NCBI GenBank assembly: GCA_016278615.1
Contig: JADQBM010000037.1
Span: 12,939 to 76,938, forward strand
Length of the DNA stretch: 64,000 bases
DNA from: Clostridia bacterium
Lineage (GTDB): Bacteria; Bacillota; Clostridia; Peptostreptococcales; JAAYPU01
Direction of reading: 5' to 3'
Below the pieces are notes generated by a model. That model searched no databases, had not been told where the DNA came from, and saw only the letters and a program-made list of their open reading frames with translations. Positions within the stretch are counted from its first letter, which is position 1. Each line of letters opens with the position of its first letter. Of the stretch, positions 20,450-31,361 are shown one piece after another. A program made the position numbers and the translations under genes.

Positions 20450-21280
20450 CTATTTTTGTTTTTCCAACCTTAGGATTCTTCTTGCCTCTTCAGGTGTTGC
20501 AATATCCCTCTTCAAAATACCAGCTAACTTCACAACCTTTTCTACTAAAACCCCATTGCTTTTCGCCAATACACCTTTTTCTAAATAAAGATTATCCTCA
20601 AAGCCTACTCTTACATGTCCACCCATGACCATAGCAACAGCAGCAATATCAAATTCACTTTTTCCTATTCCAGTTGCGCACCATGTAGCCTCTTTCGGTA
20701 GAGACCCAACCATATAAACAAGGTCTCTTATGGTCGCAGCCATGGCACCATTTACCCCAAGAACAATGTTAAAGTGTAAAGGGTCCTCTAAAAGACCTTT
20801 TTTATATGATTTAAGTGCATTATCAATCATACCTTTTTCAAAACATTCAAGTTCTGGTTTAACACCTAAATCTTTCATTTTCTTTGCAAATGTATGAATC
20901 ATGTCCTCTGTATTGACAAATATTGAATCCCCAAAATTACATGTTCCGCAATCAAGGGAAGCTATTTCAGGTTTCAACTCAATGGGCTGTAGCCTTTCTT
21001 CAGCTGTCATTCCAATGGCCCCTCCTGTACTAGGTAAAATAATAACATCTGGACATGCTTCCTTAATGGCATCAAAAGCTTCTTTAAACCTACCTTTATC
21101 TTGAGTAGGCGTACCATCGTCCCATCTCACATGTAGGTGTATGACAGCGGCTCCTGCATCATAGGCAGATTTTGCTTCTTTAGCTATTTCTTCAATGGTA
21201 TAAGGCACCGAAGGATTCATTTCCTTTGTGACCTCTGCACCTGAAATCGCCGCCGTAATAATTAATTTTTCCATTCCCAT
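20450..21280 (-). CDS. kce: 3-keto-5-aminohexanoate cleavage enzyme, copy 2
   Basis: Colinear and highly similar to 10956..11795. Confidence 0.92.
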   Translation of the reverse strand: MGMEKLIITAAISGAEVTKEMNPSVPYTIEEIAKEAKSAYDAGAAVIHLHVRWDDGTPTQDKGRFKEAFDAIKEACPDVIILPSTGGAIGMTAEERLQPIELKPEIASLDCGTCNFGDSIFVNTEDMIHTFAKKMKDLGVKPELECFEKGMIDNALKSYKKGLLEDPLHFNIVLGVNGAMAATIRDLVYMVGSLPKEATWCATGIGKSEFDIAAVAMVMGGHVRVGFEDNLYLEKGVLAKSNGVLVEKVVKLAGILKRDIATPEEARRILRLEKQK

Positions 21281-21554
21281 GTCCTCTCTTTCCTTTATTT
21301 AGATTCACATGTTCCTAATAATACACATGACAATAATTCGTTGATAAAAAACATTCTCTAAACATATCTTATAGTCATTTTTTAGACTTAACAATATCAT
21401 ATAACAATTTTTCTAAAATTGGTAGAATCTAAGAAAAGCTGTAAGAGCGTTTTTATTGGTAACACTCACTTTTTATCTTTCATATATTAGTCTTGTGAAA
21501 GATATTTTCTATTCGCTAAATTGAATAAATGATAAAGAGGAGGATATCAAAAGA

Positions 21555-23705
21555 ATGGGTCTTACAAACCAATCTACTGGTGTTAACGTATTGGATAACG
21601 AACTAAAAATTCAACGCACCTCACCCTATGATAAAATAATTGCTCTTACTGGTAATCCAAATGTGGGAAAAAGTACCGTTTTTAATAGTCTAACAGGATT
21701 GAACCAGCATACAGGAAACTGGCCGGGAAAAACGGTAACCAATGCACAAGGAAAATATAAACATAAAGAAACAGATTTTATTATGGTAGACATACCGGGT
21801 ACTTATTCACTTATGGCGAACTCCGTTGAGGAAGAAGTCGCAAGAGATTTTGTCTGCTTTGGAAACCCTGATGCAACGATTATTGTTACGGATGCTACTT
21901 GTTTAGAAAGAAATATGAATTTAGTACTGCAAACCTTGGAAATTACACCAAACGTGGTTGTTTGCGTGAATCTTATAGATGAAGCCAAAAGAAAAAAAAT
22001 TAATATTGACTTAAAAGAACTTTCTGCGAACCTTGGTGTCCCTGTTATTGGTACCAATGCGCGAAAGGGTCAAGGCTTGAAAGATCTAATGGATGCTGTC
22101 TATTTTATGACAAATGATACAATAGCACCTTCACCCTTAACCATTCATTATGAGGAACCCATTGAAAAAGCCATTCATATTTTAGAACCATCCCTACAAG
22201 CGCTTCTCAATGATAAACTGAACAGCCGCTGGGTAGCTCTTAAATTGCTGGATGAAGATGAAACACTGTTGAAGGCTTTCCGAAAATATCTTGATTTTGA
22301 TTTGATGGAGAACCAGATGGTAAATGAACAATTAAAAGAAGCAAGAAAAGTATTAGATAAAGCGGATATTAAACAGGACCAACTCAGAGATAAGATTGTC
22401 TCTCATATTGTATGTACCGCCGAAAATATTTGCTGTGAAGTGATAACTATTGAAAAAGAACATTATAACCTGATGGATCGAAGAATTGACAGTGTTTTGA
22501 CCTCTCGGATTTTTGGAATACCCATTATGATTGGGCTTTTAGGTATTATATTCTGGTTAACCATCACAGGGGCCAACTATCCTTCAGCGATGCTTGCCAA
22601 TCTTCTCTTTGGTGTTGAAGAGCGATTAACAGGTTTTTTTCTATGGGCAGGCACTCCAACCTGGGTTCATGGATTATTAGTTCTTGGTGTTTACAGAACA
22701 TTGGCTTGGGTTATATCGGTTATGCTCCCACCAATGGCCATTTTTTTCCCACTTTTCACATTGCTTGAGGACTTAGGGTATTTACCTCGAGTCGCTTTTA
22801 ACTTGGATAATTTCTTTAGAAAAGCGTGTGCCCATGGGAAACAGGCATTGACTATGTGTATGGGTTTTGGCTGCAACGCAGCAGGTATTATTGGATGCAG
22901 GATCATCGACTCCCCAAGAGAACGACTAATCGCAATCATTACAAATAACTTTGTGCCTTGTAATGGACGTTTCCCCACTCTCATCGCAATTATTACCATG
23001 TTTTTTACAGGTGTCGTGGCAGGACCCTATCAATCCATCTTTTCTACACTGCTCCTGACAGGAGTGATTGTTTTAGGTGTTGTAATGACTCTACTCATTT
23101 CAAAAATTTTATCTAGAACAATCCTAAAAGGCCTGCCTTCATCTTTCACTCTGGAGTTGCCTCCATATCGGAAGCCCCAAGTAGGAAGAGTTATTGTGCG
23201 CTCCATATTTGACCGGACATTGTTCGTTTTAGGCCGTGCAACTGTTGTGGCAGCACCAGCTGGTGCGATTATATGGATATTAGCCAATATATTTGTTGGG
23301 GACTTGAGCCTTTTGGCACATTGTGCTACATTTCTTGATCCCTTTGCTTGGTTACTGGGTTTGGACGGATATATCTTAATGGCATTTATTCTTGGATTTC
23401 CTGCAAATGAAATTGTAGTTCCTATTATTATCATGAGTTATATGGCTACGGGGAGTATGCTTGAGCTGGATAGCCTGAATCAATTAAGAGAGCTCCTTGT
23501 TTCTCATGGATGGACTTGGTTAACAGCCATTAGCGTTATGTTGTTTTCGCTGATGCATTGGCCTTGTGGCACCACATGCATGACCATAAAAAAAGAAACT
23601 CAAAGCATAAAATGGGCTTTGGTTTCATTTTTAATACCGACCATAACAGGCATTGTAATCTGCTTTGCCGTAGCAAATACTGTTAGACTACTGGGCCTAA
23701 TCTAA
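21555..23705 (+). CDS. feoB: Ferrous iron transporter B
   Basis: GNPNVGKS, GNWPGKTV, DIPGTYS, MGFGCNA, PCNGR gate motifs. Confidence 0.95.
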   Translation: MGLTNQSTGVNVLDNELKIQRTSPYDKIIALTGNPNVGKSTVFNSLTGLNQHTGNWPGKTVTNAQGKYKHKETDFIMVDIPGTYSLMANSVEEEVARDFVCFGNPDATIIVTDATCLERNMNLVLQTLEITPNVVVCVNLIDEAKRKKINIDLKELSANLGVPVIGTNARKGQGLKDLMDAVYFMTNDTIAPSPLTIHYEEPIEKAIHILEPSLQALLNDKLNSRWVALKLLDEDETLLKAFRKYLDFDLMENQMVNEQLKEARKVLDKADIKQDQLRDKIVSHIVCTAENICCEVITIEKEHYNLMDRRIDSVLTSRIFGIPIMIGLLGIIFWLTITGANYPSAMLANLLFGVEERLTGFFLWAGTPTWVHGLLVLGVYRTLAWVISVMLPPMAIFFPLFTLLEDLGYLPRVAFNLDNFFRKACAHGKQALTMCMGFGCNAAGIIGCRIIDSPRERLIAIITNNFVPCNGRFPTLIAIITMFFTGVVAGPYQSIFSTLLLTGVIVLGVVMTLLISKILSRTILKGLPSSFTLELPPYRKPQVGRVIVRSIFDRTLFVLGRATVVAAPAGAIIWILANIFVGDLSLLAHCATFLDPFAWLLGLDGYILMAFILGFPANEIVVPIIIMSYMATGSMLELDSLNQLRELLVSHGWTWLTAISVMLFSLMHWPCGTTCMTIKKETQSIKWALVSFLIPTITGIVICFAVANTVRLLGLI

Positions 23706-23716
23706 AAAACAAACAA

Positions 23717-23757
23717 AACAAGGGGACAATAAAAGTGAACCGTCTCCTTGTTCTTTT
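23717..23757. terminator. Bidirectional hairpin between convergent genes; decayed REP-like copy
   Basis: AACAAGGGGAC...GAACCGTCTCCTTGTT flanked by A and T runs; shares GAACCGTC with the 1248-1320 element. Confidence 0.6.
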
Positions 23758-24129
23758 TTACATGTTTTCTACAAATTGTATGCTGATACCGTTAGGATCC
23801 TTTACAAAAAAGAACTTTACGTGGGGATTCGGTTGAAAAGGTCCATTTTCTACTTCAAGTCCTTTATCCGTTATGAACTTAATCATTTCGTCAACAGACT
23901 CTACTTCAAAGCCTAAAGAGATTCCCTCAATATTACCTGGTGATTTTTGTTTTGGATCGTAGATAAGTTCAACCTCTGCTCCTTCTTTGCCTTCTTCACC
24001 TAAAAAAGAAATTTCTATTTCCGGGCCTGCTTTAAAACTTCTATTTAAAGATAGCCCTACAACCTCCTGATAAAACTTTAAAGACTCCTCCATGTTATTA
24101 ACTGTGATGGTGCACCAACAAAATTTCAT
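23758..24129 (-). CDS. VOC (glyoxalase-like) family protein
   Basis: TITVNNMEESLKFYQEVVGL; FFFVKDPNG. Confidence 0.85.
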   Translation of the reverse strand: MKFCWCTITVNNMEESLKFYQEVVGLSLNRSFKAGPEIEISFLGEEGKEGAEVELIYDPKQKSPGNIEGISLGFEVESVDEMIKFITDKGLEVENGPFQPNPHVKFFFVKDPNGISIQFVENM

Positions 24130-24307
24130 AATCTCACGCCTCCTATATGTATAATAAGTATTATCTTAATGACTCTATCTTATCACATTATGCCCAGCAT
24201 CCACCATTACAAACCACAAAAGAACCTCCTAGTATCGTCTTGAAGGTTCTTCTATGATGGGAGAGAATGAAAAAAATGCTTCTAAAGCTATATCGTTAGT
24301 TTTTTTA

Positions 24308-24958
24308 TTATTTAGGCGTCACTTGTCCGTATTTATTAAATTTTTCGGCCATTAATGCCATTTCATCATCGGGGAGAATGAATGGTTCTCCTACGCATTT
24401 GGCTCTGTAATACATTTCTGCACAAAACTCAATCTCTTCAGCTGTGTTGAAAGCATTGGGTAAGTCTGTTGAAACTGCTAACAATCCATGATTTCCTAAT
24501 AGGACTGCATTTCTATCTTTCATGGCTTCAAAAGCATTTTCCGCAAGTTCTTGCGTTCCAAAGGTAGCGTACTTGGCACATCTTACATCCTTACCTGCAA
24601 GAGCAATCATGTAGTGACTGGCAGGTATTGTCCAATGCAAACAAGCCAGCACGCCTGAAAACATAGAGTGACAATGAACAACAGAATTGCAATCATCACG
24701 CCTTAAATAGAATATCCTATGTAAATTATATTCACTGGATGGCTTTCTACTACCCTCTACCCTATTACCTTCTAAATCTAGTACCACTACATCTTCAGGC
24801 TTTGTCTTATAATAATCCAATCCACTTGGACTAATTGCCATTATTTTTTCTTGCCTATTAAATATACTTATATTACCTCCGGTACCTTTTGTTAATCCAT
24901 GCTCAATCAATTTAATGGAATATTCAACAATGGCTTCTCTTTCATCTTGCATTAACAT
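24308..24958 (-). CDS. fucA: Class II aldolase, L-fuculose-phosphate aldolase-like
   Basis: GTGGNIS, PSSE..LH, VVHCHS, LLGNHG. Confidence 0.85.
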   Translation of the reverse strand: MLMQDEREAIVEYSIKLIEHGLTKGTGGNISIFNRQEKIMAISPSGLDYYKTKPEDVVVLDLEGNRVEGSRKPSSEYNLHRIFYLRRDDCNSVVHCHSMFSGVLACLHWTIPASHYMIALAGKDVRCAKYATFGTQELAENAFEAMKDRNAVLLGNHGLLAVSTDLPNAFNTAEEIEFCAEMYYRAKCVGEPFILPDDEMALMAEKFNKYGQVTPK

Positions 24959-26627
24959 AAATGACACGCTCCTTTATTTTTTTAAGCTTTTTCATTACTG
25001 TATTTTCACCTCTACCAAAGTAATCGTGTAATTTTTTATACTCTTCATAAAGGCTTTCGTATGTCTGAACATTTTCCTTGATGGGAGTATAATATAATTC
25101 TTTAACTTTTCCCATATTTTTTGCTGCCGTGTATATATCGTCATATCCCCCTTTGTTCTTTCCCGCTGCTACAGCCGCATATATGGCTGAACCCAACGCA
25201 GGGGTTTGGGGTGAGGCTGCAATCTTTATATCCATATTGGTTACGTCGGAGTATATCTGCATCATAAGCTGATTTTTCTCAGCGATTCCACCAGCAGCGT
25301 ACAATTCTTTTACAGGAACGCCGTATTCTTTAAAAGTTTCTACAATCATTTTTGTTCCAAATGCAGTGGCTTCTATTAAAGCTCTATATATTTCTTCTGG
25401 TTTGGTCATTAGAGTCATACCCAATATCAATCCTGTCAGGTCTACATCTACCAATACAGATCGATTACCATTCCACCAATCCAGCGCCAAAAGCCCAGAT
25501 TCACCGGGTTTCAATTTTTTAGCTTTCTCACTAAGTAATGTAAATATATTTATGCCTCTCTCTTTTGCTTCCTTTTCATAGGCTTCAGGCACACAGTTTT
25601 CTGTGAACCACTGAAAATGATCCCCTACACAAGATTGCCCTGCCTCATAACCATAATACCCTGAGATAATGCCATCTTCTACCACCCCACACATGCCTGG
25701 AACAATGGCCTCTTTTTCTCCTAACATCATATGACATGTTGAAGTCCCCATGATCATGAGCATTTTTCCCGGCTCTGTTATGCCTACTGCCGGTACCGCT
25801 GCATGGGCATCCCCTATTCCTACAGCCACGATGGTGCCTTCTTTAAGACCTGTTAGTTCTGCGGCCTCTTTTGTCACCTGACCTGCTACGCTTCCCAAAG
25901 GATATACCACATTATTAAACTTTTCCTCTATGATATTCTCTAAATCCGGATGCAACTCTTTAAAGAAAGATTTAGAAGGAAATCCTTCTCTTTTATGCCA
26001 AATGGCTTTATAGCCTGCGGTACAGCTGTTTTTTCTTTCAAAACCTGTAAGCTGCATGGTTGCCCAATCCGCCAACTCCATAAATTTCGCCGTATTATGA
26101 TAAAGGTCTGGATCTTCATCAAGTATTTGCCATATTTTAGGGAACATCCATTCTGAAGAAATCTTGCCACCATATCTCTTTAAAAAAGCCTCTCCTCTTT
26201 TTTTAGCAATCTCATTTAATTTGTTGGCTTCGTCTTGAGCGGCATGATGTTTCCATAGCTTCACATAGCTATGAGGGTTTGCTTTGTATTTTTTTTGGAA
26301 ACAAAGAGGGTCTCCTTTTTCATCTACAGGGAGCATACTACATTCCGTGAAGTCATTGCATATTCCGATGACATCTTCGTTGCTCAAACCTGTTTTTCTG
26401 AATATTTCAGATACAGTGTATTCCAATGCATCTATGTAATCCTGTGGATGCTGAAGTGCAAAGTCGGGCATTAATTTTGTTTTACGATCCGGCAAATAGG
26501 TGTCCATAACCCCATGAGGGTATTCATAAAGAGCAGTTGCTACTTCCTCTCCTGTGTGGACATCTACCAATAGTGCTCGAGCTGATAAGGTTCCGTAATC
26601 GATACCTATTGTATATTTTGCACCCAT
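24942..26627 (-). CDS. araB: Ribulokinase
   Basis: [37 protein letters not shown]. Confidence 0.9.
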   Translation of the reverse strand: MGAKYTIGIDYGTLSARALLVDVHTGEEVATALYEYPHGVMDTYLPDRKTKLMPDFALQHPQDYIDALEYTVSEIFRKTGLSNEDVIGICNDFTECSMLPVDEKGDPLCFQKKYKANPHSYVKLWKHHAAQDEANKLNEIAKKRGEAFLKRYGGKISSEWMFPKIWQILDEDPDLYHNTAKFMELADWATMQLTGFERKNSCTAGYKAIWHKREGFPSKSFFKELHPDLENIIEEKFNNVVYPLGSVAGQVTKEAAELTGLKEGTIVAVGIGDAHAAVPAVGITEPGKMLMIMGTSTCHMMLGEKEAIVPGMCGVVEDGIISGYYGYEAGQSCVGDHFQWFTENCVPEAYEKEAKERGINIFTLLSEKAKKLKPGESGLLALDWWNGNRSVLVDVDLTGLILGMTLMTKPEEIYRALIEATAFGTKMIVETFKEYGVPVKELYAAGGIAEKNQLMMQIYSDVTNMDIKIAASPQTPALGSAIYAAVAAGKNKGGYDDIYTAAKNMGKVKELYYTPIKENVQTYESLYEEYKKLHDYFGRGENTVMKKLKKIKERVIYVNAR

Positions 26628-26628
26628 C

Positions 26629-27672
26629 TTATCTCTCCTTTACATGGTAATTCTTATTAATAAGGTTTTTTACTTCTCTACCGTCGATAAACGATTTTAG
26701 ATCCTCTGCCATTATTTCAGCAGATATTTGGGCTGCATTTCTCGAAGATCCTGCGATATGATTGGTTAATGTGACATTTTCCATTTTTAACAATGGGTTA
26801 TCCTGTTCAATAGGTTCCACTTCAAAAGTATCAAGGGCTGCCCTGGATATAATGCCTTTTTCCAATGCTTTATATAAATCCCTGTAATTCACAAGGGGTC
26901 CTCTTGCTGTATTAACCAAAATGGCTGTATTTTTCATTTTTCGAAACATATCCATATTGACCATACCTGTTGTTTCAGGGGTTACCCGCATGTGCAAGGA
27001 GATAATGTCTGATTCAGCTAATAAAGTATTTAAATCTACCAATTGGGCATTGGTACTGTTAATTTCTTTTATATAAGGATCGCAAACCAATATGCGACAT
27101 CCAAAACCACTTAAATATTGGCATACTTTGGCCCCAATATTTCCATAGCCCATAAGCCCTATGACTTTGCTGGAAAGCTCAAATTCACTTTTCTCATAAA
27201 TGTAATAATCCTCTACCCATTTTCCTTGTCTTACTGCTTCGTAGCTTCTGGCAATATTTCTGGTTTCAGCTATAAACAGTCCTATGGTAAATTCAGCGAC
27301 TGCTGTAGAATTTCTTCCAGGGGTGTTAAAAACAGGAATATTCAACTCACTTGCAGCTTCTATATTAACATTTACAGCACCACCTCTTGTAACGGAAATG
27401 GATTTCAATTTTTTACCTTGTTCTATGACTCTTTTTGTTATGGGGGATGTATGAACCACTAAATGATCCACCTCTGCTATTCTATCTATTATATCATCTT
27501 CACTTCCCACGTACTCTGTTACCTCTCCATCACTGTATTGAAGGGGCGTGATAGGAAAGTTTACGGCATAATTATCTATTCTGAGGTCTTCAATATGCCC
27601 TAATTTCTCTCTGATGGCATCTTCAACCACTTCTTTTTTTATAAATAAATCGGTTATGGTTAATATCTTCAT
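26629..27672 (-). CDS. D-isomer-specific 2-hydroxyacid dehydrogenase family protein
   Basis: [30 protein letters not shown]. Confidence 0.88.
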   Translation of the reverse strand: MKILTITDLFIKKEVVEDAIREKLGHIEDLRIDNYAVNFPITPLQYSDGEVTEYVGSEDDIIDRIAEVDHLVVHTSPITKRVIEQGKKLKSISVTRGGAVNVNIEAASELNIPVFNTPGRNSTAVAEFTIGLFIAETRNIARSYEAVRQGKWVEDYYIYEKSEFELSSKVIGLMGYGNIGAKVCQYLSGFGCRILVCDPYIKEINSTNAQLVDLNTLLAESDIISLHMRVTPETTGMVNMDMFRKMKNTAILVNTARGPLVNYRDLYKALEKGIISRAALDTFEVEPIEQDNPLLKMENVTLTNHIAGSSRNAAQISAEIMAEDLKSFIDGREVKNLINKNYHVKER

Positions 27673-27687
27673 TTTTTAACTCCTTAT

Positions 27688-28398
27688 TTACTGCCCATAT
27701 GTAGCATTTTTACCATGTTTTCTAAGGTAATGCTTATCCATTAGCACCTCTTGTATCTGCGTAATATCTTTGTTTATTGCAATGGTTAAAGATGCCATTT
27801 TAGCGAGTTCTTCTAAAACAACGCTGTTATGTACCGCCTCATGTGCATCTTTTCCCCAAGTAAAAGGGCCATGATTGGCTACTAAAATTCCTGGCACAGA
27901 AATGTAATCTTTATCCCTCATGGTTCTTACAATTACTCTTCCTGTGTTGGATTCATAGTCCCCTCCAATTTCTTCAGGTGTGAGTTCCGGTGTACAAGGT
28001 ATTTCATTATAAAAATAATCACTATGAGTCGTTCCATAACAATCAATTTTTCTTTTTGCTTGAGCCCAAGCTGTCGCATAGGTTGAATGGGTGTGGACCA
28101 CTCCACCAATATTTTCAAATTCTCTGTAGAGTTCTAAATGGGTGGGTGTATCTGAAGAGGGATTGTAGTTACCTTCAATAATATTGCCTTCTAAATCTAA
28201 AACCACCATCATTTCAGGTTTTAATTTATCATAAGGAACCCCACTGGGTTTAATAACCACGAGATCTGCCTCTCTATCTATGCCACTAACATTTCCCCAT
28301 GTATAGATGACCAATTTTTTTGCTACTAATTCAAGATTGGCTTCACATATTTCTTCCTTAAGTTTTTGCACCCTTTTTTCATCTAAAACTTTTAACAT
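27688..28398 (-). CDS. araD: L-ribulose-5-phosphate 4-epimerase
   Basis: TWGNVSG, IKPSGV, PSSDTPTH, HTHS, DKHYLRKHG. Confidence 0.93.
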   Translation of the reverse strand: MLKVLDEKRVQKLKEEICEANLELVAKKLVIYTWGNVSGIDREADLVVIKPSGVPYDKLKPEMMVVLDLEGNIIEGNYNPSSDTPTHLELYREFENIGGVVHTHSTYATAWAQAKRKIDCYGTTHSDYFYNEIPCTPELTPEEIGGDYESNTGRVIVRTMRDKDYISVPGILVANHGPFTWGKDAHEAVHNSVVLEELAKMASLTIAINKDITQIQEVLMDKHYLRKHGKNATYGQ

Positions 28399-28413
28399 AA
28401 TTAATCACCCCTT

Positions 28414-29772
28414 TCATTTACATGTCTCCATTTTTTCTACTACCTTTTCAGCGACTTCTTCCAAACATCCTAAATATTCAGCTATTTCTAAGATCGTATA
28501 TTTATTTCTTACTTCTTTTGCATAAAGAATGGCTTCTTTCAATGCTTCTTTTGATAAACCCAACTCGGCAGGTGATGAGGGGGCTCCCATACTTTTTAAT
28601 ACTTCTACAATCCTATTTGAATCGGGAATCTTTGGTTGTATTTCTTTTTTGATTTGAGTCATGCTACCTTTCACTTTGTTTCCATGAGCTATCCATTTAT
28701 CTTTATCAAAAATTTTATTTTCATTTTCTTTGAAAATCTGACTTGCACTGTCTTGATAGATTTCTTTTATTTTTACTTCATATTCTTCTTTATTTAGAGA
28801 TTTTTCAAAAGCAGCTTCTACATTAACGCTTTGAAAATCTTGAGATAGTATCTCTTTATAAACTTCAATAATAACCAAAGTCATGACAGCGACTTCTATC
28901 CCATGAAGATGGGTATGTTTATGATCCATCATAGCTTTCATCCCTATAAAGTGAGCGAGATGATGCTCTGCGCCAGCGGCAGGTCTTGATTTGCCTACCC
29001 AGTGCATAGAGAGTCCTGAAATCATAAGTCCCTCTGCTAAGGTTTTTATAGCTTCTTCATCTCTTTGAGATATTTTCAATGCATTTTCAATTGTTTTTTC
29101 TACTACCTCATTGACCACATCTACTGTATTTTGGCAATAACTTTCACCATTTATAAGGTTAGAAATTCTCCAGTCAAATGCCGCAGTTTTTTTGCATATC
29201 AAGTCTCCAAATCCTGCTGCTACTAACGAAGCTGGTGCATTTTTTAATATATCTATATCTGCATAGATTGCCATTGGATAGGTGGCTGAAATGGTCTTTT
29301 TTATGCCATTTAAAACCAGCAATGAGACTTCTGCTGAGTAACCATCCATTGAAGCTGCAGTAGGTATAGAAATATAAGGAATGTGACACCTGGAACTAAT
29401 AAATCTGGCTAAATCGTTGATAGCACCTGATCCCACAGCGATTAAAAAGTCTATTGTCTCATCCATATCTACCATTATTTTGACAATGGATGCTTCATCG
29501 GGTAGCACTTGAGGGGTATCAAATAAGCATAACTTATAGGCCACATTTCCTTCTTGCAAAGCAGCTTTTATGTTATCTCCTATGAGACTATAAATCATGC
29601 TATCTATTATGATGAGTCCTTTATTATAGCGACTTCCTAAATCTTCCCTTACTTTCCCTATTTTTTTAAGTGCACCTTTATAAATTGCTATCTCCTTTAT
29701 GGGTTGGCTATGTCTCATGCCACAAAGACACTCAAAATCATGGGCTTGCCAAATATTATTGGGTCTTATCAT
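28414..29772 (-). CDS. sn-glycerol-1-phosphate dehydrogenase-like protein (AraM/EgsA family)
   Basis: C.CG..H N-terminus, GSGAIND, TAASMDGY, AGFGD, AEHHLAH, LHG. Confidence 0.85.
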   Translation of the reverse strand: MIRPNNIWQAHDFECLCGMRHSQPIKEIAIYKGALKKIGKVREDLGSRYNKGLIIIDSMIYSLIGDNIKAALQEGNVAYKLCLFDTPQVLPDEASIVKIMVDMDETIDFLIAVGSGAINDLARFISSRCHIPYISIPTAASMDGYSAEVSLLVLNGIKKTISATYPMAIYADIDILKNAPASLVAAGFGDLICKKTAAFDWRISNLINGESYCQNTVDVVNEVVEKTIENALKISQRDEEAIKTLAEGLMISGLSMHWVGKSRPAAGAEHHLAHFIGMKAMMDHKHTHLHGIEVAVMTLVIIEVYKEILSQDFQSVNVEAAFEKSLNKEEYEVKIKEIYQDSASQIFKENENKIFDKDKWIAHGNKVKGSMTQIKKEIQPKIPDSNRIVEVLKSMGAPSSPAELGLSKEALKEAILYAKEVRNKYTILEIAEYLGCLEEVAEKVVEKMETCK

Positions 29773-29774
29773 TT

Positions 29775-31304
29775 CTATACACCTTCTTTTATATGAGCTA
29801 AATTATATAGATCGTTTTTTGTATTTTTGTATAGACTAATATAAATCTCATACATCTCATTGTAGATTTTATTCCAAGCTTCATCAGGCTCTACAATCTG
29901 TTTAATTTTTGTTACTTCTTTTGCAAACTTGCCAGGATTTTTATAAATACCTAAACCAGCTCCAGCTATAATGGCATCTCCAAAAGGTGCCCCTGTTGAT
30001 ATATCCGGTACGATGATGGGCATATTTAGAACAGAGGATTTGATTTTCAACCATATATCACTCTTGCTTCCACCCCCTACAGATCTTAGCTCCCTTATAT
30101 TGACACCTATTTTTTTAGCTTCATCAATATTATGTCTGAGCCCATAAGCAGACCCTTCCAATATAGCCCTTATCATTTCTTCTCTCTTTGTATCTAAATG
30201 CAGACCAAAAAACACACCTCTTGCATAGCTATCCCATATAGGGGATCTTTCTCCTGCCATATAGGGCAAAAATATCAACCTATTGGAACCAACTTTTGCT
30301 CTGCTGGCTTTTTGGTTCATATGCTCAAAAGAACTGACTTGTTCTGGCTGTTTATGCTCTTCCTCTTTATATAAATTATCTCTATACCATTTTAAGCTGG
30401 CACCAGTGGTACTCATGGCCCCACAAATCATCATGATATCTTTTAAAGCGTGATACATTTCAAATAACAGCCCTGGATCTCGCCACCTATCGGTACAGAT
30501 ATTTAAAACGGTAGATGTTCCGCTCATTTCAACAGCATCCCCGATATCTACTGCTCCCGCTTCAAGTGTAGCAGCAGAGCCATCCACTGTTCCACAAACA
30601 ACTGCTGTAGATGAACTAAGCCCAGTAAGCTTTGCTACTTTCTCACAAACTGTCCCTATAACATGGGTGGTCTCATAGACTTGAGGGAATAAATCCCTAT
30701 CATAACCTATAAGGTCAGCGAGCTCTTTGGACCACTGATTCTTTTTAATATCATATACGCCCATTAAACTGGCGTGAGAGATATCTGTTGTCATAACCCC
30801 TGTGAGCATATAATTGATATAGCCGTTTATCTGAAGAATCTTATGGGTCTTTTTGTAAAGCTCTGGCTCATTATTCTTGTACCACAATAACTTTGATGAT
30901 AAATAGTAAGGATCTATTCGGTTCCCAGTAATACCTTTTACCTTTAGACTACCTATCTCTCTTTCCAAAAAATCGGTTTCAGGTTGGGATCTTCTATCCA
31001 TCCATATCAAAGCGTTTCTTAAGACCTTTCCCTCTTTGTCCATAGCAACTAAGGTAGGTGCCTGAGAGCTAACACCAATACCTGCTATATCTTTTCTATC
31101 TACTTTACTATCCTTTATAACTTTAATAATGGTTTTAACAGTAGCCTCCCACCACTCTTGAGGACTCTGTTCTACCCATCCTGATTTAATAAAATATGTG
31201 GGATATTCAATACTATGTTCCGCCATTTTTGTTCCATCTTCATTAAATAAAACTGATTTTACATTGGTCGTTCCGATATCTATTCCCATTAAAAATTTTG
31301 ACAT
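29775..31304 (-). CDS. FGGY carbohydrate kinase, xylulokinase-like
   Basis: GIDIGTTNVK, LIWMDRR, PYMAGERSP, GGGSKS. Confidence 0.88.
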   Translation of the reverse strand: MSKFLMGIDIGTTNVKSVLFNEDGTKMAEHSIEYPTYFIKSGWVEQSPQEWWEATVKTIIKVIKDSKVDRKDIAGIGVSSQAPTLVAMDKEGKVLRNALIWMDRRSQPETDFLEREIGSLKVKGITGNRIDPYYLSSKLLWYKNNEPELYKKTHKILQINGYINYMLTGVMTTDISHASLMGVYDIKKNQWSKELADLIGYDRDLFPQVYETTHVIGTVCEKVAKLTGLSSSTAVVCGTVDGSAATLEAGAVDIGDAVEMSGTSTVLNICTDRWRDPGLLFEMYHALKDIMMICGAMSTTGASLKWYRDNLYKEEEHKQPEQVSSFEHMNQKASRAKVGSNRLIFLPYMAGERSPIWDSYARGVFFGLHLDTKREEMIRAILEGSAYGLRHNIDEAKKIGVNIRELRSVGGGSKSDIWLKIKSSVLNMPIIVPDISTGAPFGDAIIAGAGLGIYKNPGKFAKEVTKIKQIVEPDEAWNKIYNEMYEIYISLYKNTKNDLYNLAHIKEGV

Positions 31305-31361
31305 TTATTCCCACTCCAATTACAAACTGAGTTCTCCACTCTGGATGGAGTTTTAGAATTC

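Noticed and set aside
24942-29772. Ordinary L-arabinose operon
   Set aside because: araB, araD and an araM-like gene are present, but there is no araA, and the extra polyol enzymes do not fit
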